Of a stretch of 60,784 bases of DNA, positions 19,501 to 31,500 are shown one piece after another (the stretch's first letter is position 1; the number at the start of each line of letters is the position of its first letter). The DNA is from Candidatus Micrarchaeota archaeon (lineage in GTDB: Archaea > Micrarchaeota > Micrarchaeia > Norongarragalinales > SBBD01). The translations under genes were made by a program, and so were the position numbers. The stretch is from the NCBI GenBank assembly GCA_043803465.1, contig JAZDKC010000074.1, positions 1 to 60,784 on the forward strand. Direction: 5' to 3'. The notes beneath the pieces are model-generated. The model did not search any database, had not been told where the DNA came from, and saw nothing but the letters and a program-made list of their open reading frames with translations.

Positions 19501-22500
19501 TTATTGAAAGGGTTATGTTTTCATACCTTTCCGTGTCATTCGAATATTCCGCGATGATCTGGGGGGGAGTGATGTCCTTGTAGAAAATGTACCCAGAATT
19601 GGTGGTGTTTTTTACCAGATAGCTCGAGCCGGTCGAATAATTCGCACGAACTGTCAAATCATAATAGACCGCGTCCAGCAGGGCAGGCGCAGTGCATGCG
19701 AGCCGGGATTCGTTATCAAAGGTGGTGTTGCTCAGGAGAGGGCATTGGGTGGAATTGAGGAACATGCTCCAAGTCGTGTTGGATGTGGTGTTCTGGCCGC
19801 CAAAAATGAGGAGCACGGATTCGTTGATGATGTCTCCTGCGATTACTTGAAGGGGCGCGGTGATATTGACGACGCTCAATTCAACCGTGAATGAGCGGAA
19901 GGTAATATTGACGAGCTGGTAGGAGGAGGAGTTCTTCTCGGTAATATTGAGGCAGCCCACATAGAGATAATTATTGTCGGGGGCGGTGTAATTGATGCCG
20001 ATATCATATGATTGCGTTGTGTTGAGGTATTTTGAGGTGTTTACCAGATTGGAGAAATCGGTCATGTTGCCCGTAAGGTTGAAAGTGAAATTGAGGAACG
20101 CATCCCCGGTTCCATAGTGGGCGATGAGAGTCCGGTTATCGAGGCTATTTTCACCTGCGATTCCATCAAGAGTGAACAAATTGGTGTTTGCCGCCCAGGT
20201 GTTGTTGAACGGAACCGTCAGGTTGACAACGAAGGATTTGCTGTAGTTCCCCCCGGTTACGTTAACCGTGAAATTGCGGAAACCTGAATTCGCGCCGTAA
20301 ACAACGGAAATATTCATTGAAACGTTTGCAAGGCCATCAAGCGTCAGGTTTCCGGACGTGTGGTTGAAGGTAACGGAAAAGTTCGCGTAGTTGGTGCTTA
20401 AGGAAATGGTGTAATTAGTAATGTTGTCGTTTCCAACCGGAGTGATGGAGAACCATTCCGTTTGGTTGAAGCCGTGCGGGATTGCAAGCGATTGGTTTGA
20501 GGCGGTAACATTGAAATCGGGGTTGGAGGTGATGTTTATCGTGAGGTTCGGACCCCAAATCACTTCAATTGTCCCATTCGGCTGGGCCCAGGTGGCATTG
20601 GGTGTGAAGTAGTAAATCCCGAGTGAGCGCTGCCCTACGGTAATATTGAACGTGGTAAGGTTTTGGAGCGTTCCGTTGATGTAGGGAATTGTTGGAATGG
20701 CATTAAAGCTCCAGTTTGAAAGCGTGTCCGCTGCGCCTGCCTGGCGCGCGAACATCCCGGATAAATTAATAGAATAGGCACTCACCAAACCGGTATTATT
20801 CGCCGATAGGTTGAGCAACAAAGTTGAATTGATATTCCGTTGGGCGTTTGTGATATTGCTGCCGTTCCCCGACAGCGTCAAATTGGTAATGGTAATTACG
20901 GTGAAATAGAAGGAGGTCATGTTTTGTTGGCTGAGCGCATCCTGAACCTGGAAGGTCACGTTGAACCTGCCGCTCATGTTGGTCGCATTGTATGCAAGGT
21001 TGTAACTCTGCGCGTCCTGGCACGTGCCACCGCAGGCAGTGAACGGATTTAAGGTAAGGTTAAGTGCATTGTAGGTTTCATTGGTTCCGTCCGGCCGCGA
21101 GATGTTGAAAATCGCGGTGCTCGGATTCAGCCCGTAGGATTCATCATCGGTTGCGGTCACATTGAGCGTCACGGTTTGGTTGTATTCCACATAAGGGCGC
21201 TGGGCCGTATTGACATAGGTCGCCGCAAGACGGAATTGGGGGAAGGCATTTGTAATATTGAAGTATAAAACCGTAGAGTTGGAGGTTGGCACGCCGGAAT
21301 TGTTGGCCATCGTGATCTGCAGGGCATACCCGTCGGAATTATTTGAAAAGCCTGCTGCGACCTTGCTTATGGTGAATGAGGTGGTCGTATTCTTGGTTGC
21401 ATTCAGGAGGGTTGGGTTCGAGGGAACTACCGCCTGCGTGCAGAGGTCCTGGAAGTAGGGGTCGCCGCCGATGCAGCTTGCCCTTCCGCCGAAATCGCCG
21501 TACCCGATGTCAAAACTGAGGTTGGCGTTTCCGGTGTTGTTGATGGTGATCGTCCCGATTGCGCCCGATTCCGCCAACCCGAATTCCTTGTATTGGTCGC
21601 CAAACGGAAGGAAATACCAGGTGGCATTTTCAGGCACCTCAACAGAAATCCCTATTGTTCTATTCGCATTGTAGCCGGAAATGTTGATTTGCCCGGAGTA
21701 GTTGCCCGGAGGGGTGCCGAAGGGTACCGTGACATTGAATTGAACGGAATAGTTGACGAATTCGGTGATATTTTCTATGAAGGTGGTGTTGAAAGCCAAC
21801 CAGCTGCCTGGTAAAGTGGTCTCATTGTAGGAAATCATGAGGTTGACGAGCTTCACATTGCCGGTAGAGTTGATGTAAAATTCCGTTGCATTTGCGAATC
21901 CGTGCTGGATCGTAAGGTTGATAGTGCTGACGGCATCCAGCCGGGGCGTCACATTAACGGTCACGTTCACATAAGTCGCAACCCCCTCGTCGGAAACGAT
22001 TTTGATTATTGCGGAAAACACCCCCTCAATGAAATCCAATATGGTCACAATGATCTGCAGGACCGCCTCGGTCCCCTCGGTAATCGAGGTCCACGAGTTC
22101 GTCAGGGAATCCCACGCGGGATCAATTGAATCGAATGAAATCCAGCCGTCCGGAATTGTGCTGTTTTCGAGGGTCACAGACACATTTGTGACGGGCGCAT
22201 TGCCGGGATTGCTGATATTGGCCGCAAGCGTGGGGTTGGAGGTGAGGTTTTGGTCGGCAATAAGGACAGTTGGCGTTGCGGTAACTTGGGGTTCCGAAAT
22301 CACCATGATGTCTATGGATGTTGCGGTGGTGTTGGGGCCGTTGATGAGGTCATCCGCGGTTATGTTTACTTTGCCGGTATAGACGCCGGGGGTGAAGGGC
22401 GCAAGCGCTTGGATCATTACATCCAAATCGAAGTTCATGTTCGGGAAAAGGCCGCCGAAGTCATACGGATCGAATGTGATCCAGGCACCGTCCATCGTGG

Positions 22501-25500
22501 AGGGAACAAAGGAAATTGTGATGTTCGCGAGGTTGGTGTTCCCGGTGTTTGTAATGGTAACTAGCGTGGTGTTCATTTGGCTGAGGTTGCCGGTAATATT
22601 GATCAGGGAAACGCTTGCTGATAGGGTATGGGTCGACTGCACTATTACCGAGGAAGAATTGGAAATGGTCATGTTGGTTTGATTGTTGTTCCGGTAGGAA
22701 GCATTCCAGGTAACGGTGTAGCTAGATACCGGGAGGTTCGGAACAGTCACATTGAATGTCGCATTGCAATGCGAGTATGTCGGAACCGATGCCCCGCAGG
22801 TTGTGGAAAGCTTGTCAATAGAGGCCATCTGGCCTTTGCTCAAGTATGAGATCAGGGGTTCGAACATCGTCGCATTGTTCCTGTTCGTAAGCGTGACATT
22901 GATCAGGAACCATGTGGGTGGCGAGACAGTTTTAGCTGAGGCAAGAAGGCTTCCACGCGTGATCGCCTCCTCGAATGAGGTTTCGTAGAGTACCGATGCG
23001 GGTTCGTAGAATGCGGAATTATTCGTTGCTGTGATATTGACGGAATAATTGCCGCCGATGAGCTCTGAAGCGAATATGAAGCCGACAGTGCAATTGCCGT
23101 CGATAGTGCTGCAGCTCTTTGCAAGCGAGTAAGCTGAATTCAGATTTGTAAGGTTGACCGTTATGTTTGAATTCAGACCGTACAACGCGGTTGCGTTTAT
23201 TTCATTGAGGAAAGCGGTGACGCTTCCATTCGAGCCGAAGGTGATGCGGTATTTCATGTACCTTGCAGGCGTGCCGTTCAATACGGATCCTGCGCTGTTA
23301 GTGAGGTTTTCAAATGTGGAATAGGTGACATTGTCCTGTGAAATTGCGGCCTCGATCAAAAGAGTTGAATTCTCAACAACCACCGAATCCCAGCCCACCT
23401 TCCAATGCGTTTGCGCATTTCCCGAATCGAACCCCCGCTCGAAGATGCCCGAATTGAAGAATTCGGTGTCAGCAGGAGAATCGGAGAAGTTGAGGCTGAT
23501 GTTGTTTGAGTTGATCGTGATGTTCGTCCCGTTGCCGTAATTGAAATCAGCTTCTGCGGAATCGATGGTCAGATTGCTCAGGTCAAGGGACGCAAAAATC
23601 GCGGTTATGTTGGCATTTCCGAACCTGTTGTAGAATTGGGCGCGAGGCTTGTAATTCAGGGCGGTATTTTCCCAGAGCTGAACCTGTAAAGTTCCGTTCT
23701 CACCCAAATTGCCGGTCGTGTCATTTACAATAATAGTATAATTGTGGATGCCCAGGGGCTGCCCGGTGACGTTGAGATAACAATTGTTTCCTGATCGGGC
23801 CATGGTGAGGTTCTGGGAGGAGCCGTTGAGCCAATAGAGGATGCAATTGTTCGGATTCATTTCCGTAAAAGTCGCATTGACATAAACCCAATCGTAGTGA
23901 ATTCTGGAATAGTTTTCAGGAGTGGGAAAGACGGCGGTAATTTCCGAAGGATTAATGGTGTCGATGAATGCGCTTCTTGCGGATGTCTGGTTGCTGTTGC
24001 CTGCCGAATCGTTCAGGAAAACATAATACGAATATGCCCCTTCTGCAAGGGAGGTTTTATTCAGGAAGCATGCGTGCGCGTTGCAGGTAAGTGGCTCTGC
24101 AATGCTGTTCCAATAGAGCAATGCGGTGTGGAGGTTTGCATCCGTGTAGGAAGTGTTCACGTAAATCCAATTCCTTGAGAGGTTGATTTCATCATCCGGG
24201 GTTGGCAGGATATAATCCACCATCGGGAAGGTCGTATCGATCGTAAGGTTGAAAGTGCCGTTCCCTCCAATGTTTCCGGAGGAATCGTTCGCAAAAACCG
24301 TGTAATTCCAGATCCCATCCGCATGGCCGGTTATGTTCAGGTAGCAATTGTTGCCGGTCATGCCTGCGGTGATGTTGTAAACCGAGGTGTTGGCCCATTG
24401 CACCCAGCAGTTGTAGGGGTTGATTTCCGTGAAAGTGTAATTTATGTAAACCCAGCTATAATTGAGGAAGGAGTTGTTGGCAGGCGTCGGATAGATCGTA
24501 TTGATATTTGCGGGCGGATTGCCATCCATGCTGATGTAGAAAGTTCCGTTTTGTGCGGAATTGGCTGAAGTATCATTAACGATAATAGTATAGTTCCAGT
24601 AGCCGTCAGGTTGATCGGTCACATTCAAATAGCAATTATTGTTGGACCGGGTCATGGTGAGGTTCATCAGGCTCCCGTTATTCCATTGCAAAACGCACGC
24701 ATTCGGGAAAAGTTCCGTGAAGGTCGCGTTAACATAGACCCAATTCCTATAGGTGAAAGAGAGGTTTGCGAGAGTGGGGGAAACCATTGCAATGTTGGAG
24801 GGCGCAAGAGTGTCAACTGTGACAGTAAATGTGCCGTTCTGCGCAATATTGCCAGCCGAATCATTTACAATAATAGTGTAATTCCAAACACCGTCAGGCT
24901 GGCTTGTTAGGTTCACATTGCAAGTGCCGTCCAATCTTGCCATCGAATAGTTCGCGATCGATCCATTGTAATATTGCAGGGTGCATGCGCCGGGGTTGGG
25001 CTCGTTGAAGCTTGCATTCACATAGACCCAGCCGTACCCCCAATGGGAATTGTTTGAAAGTGTGGGCGATTCGGTTTTTATGCTGGAAGGCGGCAGGGTA
25101 TCAACAGTAACGGTGAATGTGCCATTGTAGCCGAGGTTACCGGCAGAGTCGTTCACGAACAAGGTGTAATTCCAGTTGCCGTCGGTTTGGCCGGTGATGT
25201 TGAGGAAGCAATTGGAATTGCTTAACGTTGCGGTAAGGTTGTAGGTGCTGGTGTTTACCCATTGCACCCAGCAGTTGAATGCGTTTAATTCCGTAAAGGT
25301 GTAATTAGCATACACCCAATTCCTGCTCGTATTGCTGCTGTTTCCAAGAGTGGGCCCGATAGTTTGAATGCTTGATGGCCCGGTCGAATCCACCCTCACA
25401 GTGCGATTTGCTGCAGAGAAGTTGCTGCTGGAAGGGATAGCATTATCGTAGCATTGCACGTTCCATAAATAGTCTCCGTCCGCTGCAAATGTGTAGCTGA

Positions 25501-28500
25501 TGGTGTTTGCGGAGTTGTTCAAAATGGCGGATTGGTTGAGCTGCGTGTACTCGAACGTTCCGGTGGCGTTGGTCCAAATGCTGCAATTATTGTAACCGCC
25601 GTCATCAACTGGCGCGTATGAGAAGGTAACCGTTTTGCTGCTGCTCGCCTGCAGATCATTGGGCGAGTTAAGGGAAATAGAGGGTAGTGCATTAAGGTAC
25701 AATATTACTGATGAGCTAGTGTTTAGCACGGAACTGTTGCTTGCCCTGTAACTAAGCAAGCCTACTGTTTTGGTTGCACTCACATTGTACGGGATGTAAC
25801 AGTTGATTCCATCATCGCTGCCGGTGCAACCCGGAACGTAGGCAGCCTCGGCAACTTGATCATACTCCTGAAGGACCTGATTCGCAATTCTGCCGTTCGC
25901 ATCTGAAGTGCCGCTTCCCATTGATGCGCCGGTAACATTCGCTATGTTTACGGAAGCTGATTGCACGGGATTATTCGATTGATCCCTCACAATTACACCC
26001 ATGAACCAGAAAACGGTCATGTTGTTTCCGGCCGTGCCATTCTTGGTGGTGGAACGGTTGAATGCGGTGTTGATGAAATGGCTGCCGGTTGCGGAGTTGT
26101 TCATGTAAATGTCGCCGTAGGCAAGCGAGATGTTGCCAAACGAGCTGTTGGTGAAATTCGTGTAGGTGGCGTTGTTGAGGAAGAGGTTGTATTGCGTGCT
26201 GTTTGTCAGATTGACACCGTTGAAAGTCGCATTAACCGTATTATTCAGGAAGATGCCATTGGTGAAATTCAATATTCGGCAATTGTTCGCCCGGAAATCG
26301 CGGAAACCGTTGCTGGCAATTCCGTAGCTATCTGCTGATGCGTTGCCCGAAATTTTGTAGCCGTTGCAATCGAGCTGGATGTTGTCCGCACCGATAGTAT
26401 AGCAGGTGCCTCTCGTTGTGCTCACATCCGCACTGAGGGAAAGATCGGTTGTGATGGTGCCGCAGGGGGATAATGTAAGGGTCAGGAGCCTATAGGAGGA
26501 AATGTCAAAAAGCTGGGAAACGGGCAAATAAGGCGAAAGGGTCGCTGTCAGGTTGTAGGAATTATACGTGGTATTGGCCGTGTCGTTGCCCGTGAATTCC
26601 GTGACTGCCTGGGTCGTATTGTAGCCGGTTGCGCCCGTCAAGCCGGTATACTGGGGGACGCCGGATGTAGAATTCCGGATCGTGATGTTCGCACCGTTAG
26701 CAGGGCTGTTGTCCTCGAAGCCGACGAAAATATCCACATTCCACCTTACGGTAAGATTGTTGTTGCCGCTTCCCCATCCGTATTTCCGGTTAGTAATCGA
26801 TAGGTTCTGAAGGAGGTTGTTCTGCGAGTTGGCTTCGGAATAAACCGAGTAATTGTTGCCGGAAGCCGGCAGGTAATTGAAAACCGAATTGAAAGCGTTG
26901 TTGTTCGAGCTCCCAAGGAAGTGGAGGCCGATTACCAATCCCCCAGTCCCGTTGCTGTTGTTCACAATTCCATCAAAATAAGATGAATTTACCAGGGTAA
27001 AGTTTGTGGACAGAAGCTGCAGGCCGAACGCGGAGCCCCTGCCGCCAAGGGTGCTGCCGTTGCCGCCCACACCTGCAGAGGAATTGCTGAAATTCGAGTC
27101 AAGTATGGTCGTATTGAGTGAGGAGTTGGAAATGAATAATGTCGAATTTCCCGCGTCGCCCCCAATCCCATACAAATTCACTGCGCCGCCTTTTGCACCA
27201 TCCCCGCCTGAACCGGCAATTACCTTCGATATATTGAAGCTGTTGAACCAGATGCTGTCGGAGGAGTTCAGTGCTATGCCTATCGCCGAACCTCCCGCGC
27301 CTCCTGCAGCGCCATTGCCTGCAGGAATATCATTGGCCGCACTCCCCTTGCCGCCGAATATCCCGGTTACTGAGTTATTGCTGAAGGTGTTGTTGCGGGA
27401 TGAATCCAAAATAATTGCGAACGCCTTTCCCCCAGCGCCTCCGGTGTTCGATGCTGCCGTAGTCTGGAAAGGCGCGCCGCCGTTCCCGCCGGAAATATTC
27501 ACGATCCGGTTGCCGGAAAAGGTATTATTGGTACCATTGACCAGGAAAATCCCGATTGCGCCGCCGCCGTTCTTTCCCGGCCTGCTGGAATCCGTACCTA
27601 CGGGACCCCTACCGCCGATCACTGTGGAAATGGCGTTATTGGTTATGCTGGAGTTGGTCAGATTTAAAAAGTAAAATGCGGTCGCATTCAGGCCAAACGA
27701 TGAATAATTGCCTCCAAATTGGCTGCTTACATTGTTGGAGGTAATGTTCGAATTGCCGCTCCAGTCTACGAGGATCGAGTAATTCCCATTTGAAATGAAT
27801 TTGTTGCCCCGGATTAGAAGCGTGTTAGCGGATCCGTTCACGTAAATCCCGGCATTCGAGTTGTTGGTCAAGGTATTGTTTGAAAGGTTGGCGATGTGCG
27901 AACCCGGAAGGAGCTCGATTCCGTTTGAGAAATTGACGAGATGGCAATTGGTGATGTTGACCCCGGTTACGCCGTTCACGACAATTCCGGAGCCGTTCTG
28001 CTGAGTACCGGTAATATTGAAGTTGTTGCAGTTGAAATTGATGTTTGAGGCCGAGATGGTGTAGCACGTGCCATTCGATGCGATGCTTCCGGGCAGGGTT
28101 GTGGAGGCAGCGATCGTGCCGCAGGGGACGACCGGAAGCACCATCAAAATGGTCTTCGAATCGTTGATAGGAAGCAAAGTCGAATTCACGGCGCCGGAAT
28201 AGGCGACGGTGAAATTGTAGATGCCGTAACTCGTATTGGAGCTGCTGTTGCCAATGAATTCGTTGGCTTCCTGCCAGTCCGTGAGGCCGTTGGCATCCGT
28301 TAGCATGTTGGTGAAGTTTGTGGCGCCAAAAGAGGAGTTTGTCATGTTCACATTTGCATTGACTATTGCGGTGCCTGCAGTGCTTCGGACGTAAATTCGG
28401 ACGTAGTCCCGGATCGTGACATTCCCGTTCGAGAAGCCTATCCGGCTGCGGTTGAATGAATTGTTCAGGAGGATGTTCGTGGATTGGTTGATATTGGTGA

Positions 28501-31500
28501 TGTTGATATCGAAGCCCCGCGGGGAGAAGTAAAAGAGGTTGCCGATGAAATTGTTGTATTTGGTCAGGTTCCCATTGGAAACCGAAGTGGTTGTCAGGAA
28601 GAGATTGGAAATTGTGCTATTTCGGAAGGTGTTGTTCTCTATCGTGTTATTGTTGCAGCCGTTCGAACCCGAAAGGCAGGAGATCTGCAGCGCATAATAG
28701 GAATTGTTGTTGAAGGTATTGTTGTATATCCTCGAGAAATTGAGGTAGCCGCCTGAAGTCGAGGAAAGGTTGACACCGACAGTGTTGTTGTAAAAGAAGC
28801 TGGCGGAAATGTTGTGGAACTGGCCGTTGCGGAGCATGATCCCGTTTGTGGAATTTGAGACGTTGGAGCCCAGCATGGTGAAATTATTGGCATCGATTCC
28901 CTGGACGCCGTTCGTGAAGTTCGTTATCCTGCAATTCTTGACGGTCACGTTGGTCCTGGAGCCGACATCCACGCCGATGCCGCTCCCGTTGCCGGTCACG
29001 AAATAATTGTTGCAATCGATGGCGATATTGTCCGCATTCGCGGTGAAACAGGTGCCTTGTGCGTTCAGGCTTACAGTCAATGCCGTCGAAGTGGCAATCG
29101 AACCGCAGGTGATTATTGGGAGTACCACCAATACTTCGGCGGATTGGTTCGTGGGATAGGTGGTCCAGTTGGTAACCCCCGAATAATTTGCGGTGAAATT
29201 GTAATTGGCAAAAGAGGTGTTAATGGAATTATTACCGAAAAACTCCGTAACCGCAACCCAGGCAGTATAGCCGTTTGCGTCCGTAGGGAGATTGCGATGA
29301 TTTGATGCGCCGCTGCTCGTATTGGTTATGTTCGCATTTGCGCTCTCAATGCCGGCCAGATTCGAACCGGTCACATAAACCCTGAAATAATCCTGGATTG
29401 TGAAGTTGTTGATCCCGCTGGCATATAGCATATTGCTGCGGTTGAATGAATTGTTTATGAAGTAATTGTTCCAGGAACTGGCGAAAGTGATATCCGAGCC
29501 GGTTGGGGATGAAATGATTATGTTGTTTGTGAAATTGTTGAACATAGTGTATTCGGGATTGCCGGCAGGCCCGTTCAGATGGAATCCCTTTGAACTGCTA
29601 TTCCTCACCGTATTGTTGGCAATGGTGTTGTTCTGGGCCCTTCCGCCTACGGCGGTGAAAAATTCGATGCCATCGGAATTGTTATCAAAAATATTGTTTG
29701 CAATGGTGTTATTTACATTATTACCAACAAAACTGAACAGGCCCAGGCCATTCGAATTATTGTAAATCGAATTGTTGGTCACATTAGAAAATGCATTGTT
29801 TTGCAATAAGACCCCATAAGTGGAGTTCCAAATCGAATTATTGGCAATAGTAAGGTTATTCCCTTCGCTGTCGATCCCGCGGTCGAAGGAGGATATGTTG
29901 CAATTACGGATGGTTACGTTGGAGTAAGACGTAATATCCACGCCGTTTCCCGTGCCATCGCCCGATATGGCATGGCCGGCACAATCCAAAACAATATTGG
30001 AGGAAGTAACGGTAAAACAGGTGCCATTCGCGAAAAGCGGAACTGCCAAAGTCGCAGAATATCCGAGGTTGCCGCAGACTGTAACCGGGATGATGATCGG
30101 AACGGCCTGGGAATAGTTGATCATGCTTAAGGTCGAATTCGTATAGCCGTTCCAGGTTGCAGTAACATTGTAATATGAATAATTCGTGTTAACCGAGTAA
30201 CTACCGATGAATTCGTTCAGGGGCACATAGGCAGTCAAGCCATTGGCACCCGTTATTTGGTCCGTATAATTGATTGCGCCGAAACTCGAGTTGGTTATAT
30301 TGACAAAGGCAGACCCAAGGCTGACGCCATTAGAACTGGTGACATTCACCCGGACATAATTCTGCAAGGTCATGTTCCCGGAAGTGAAACCGAGCCTTGA
30401 GCGGGTGAATGAATTGTTGAGGAAGATATTGGTAGAGAAGTTTACATCAGAAATGTTGATGTCGCTGCCGATGCTCGCATTGTAAAAAATATTGTTGGTG
30501 AAATTATTATCCGCTATGAGTTCCGGGTAACTGGAATAGCCAAGCAAATACAAGCTGGTTGTGCTGCTGTTGCGGAAGGTATTGTTTATGAATGAATTAT
30601 TCTGTATGTAATAAAGGGACGTTATAAACAGCTTAATGCCGATGCTGTTGTTCTGGAAAGTATTCGAAAATAACTTGTTTGAGCGGGTCAATGTGCCAAC
30701 CAAGCTCCACGACCTGAAGGTAATCGCGTCGTCATTGCCTGAAAAGGAGTTGTTTGAAAAATTGGAATGCCCAAGGCCGTAGAAAAATACCCCGCGGGTG
30801 CTATTTATGAAGGTGGAATTGATTACGCTTAAATAAGTATTATCCGAGTTGCCACCCACAATGCCCGACGAGAGGTTGATGAAGCTCGAATTGATAATAG
30901 TGACATTGTGGGCAGCAAGCATGTTGACCCCCGCGCCTGTGCGCTGATTGTGGTCGAATACGCTCGAATTGATCAATGCGAAATAGGAGGATCCGATATC
31001 CACGCCATCCGAATTATTGTAGAAAGTAGAATATTCCAGCGTGAAATTGTCAGAGCTGCGGCCATAGATGCCGTCGGTGAAATTCGAAATGACGCAGTTC
31101 TTCACGACGACGTTGTCGAAACCGTTGAGGTCTATTGCGGCACCGGAGCCGCTGCCCATAATTTGCTTGCCCTTGCAGTCGATTGTAACGTCGTTCGCCT
31201 GCAATGTAAGGCAGGACCCCCTTGCATCAAGAATTCCGGTGCTCAAATTGAAATTGCTGGAGACGTTGCCGCACCAATCTACGGTCTCGTTGCTGAATTC
31301 CATGTAGGTGTCCGTCCGATTCCAGAAGAGCGCTATGTTCGCGCAATTCTTCTGGATGGTGCAAGTCCGGAAGCCTAGCCTTTCGCCTGGGTAAAGGGTG
31401 GCGTTTTCGCCCGGGCCCATGGTCATAGTTGCAAAGGCGCCTATGAAGGCCTTGTAACAATCAATTGTGGTATTCGTGCGGTTGATTTCATAAACCGAGC

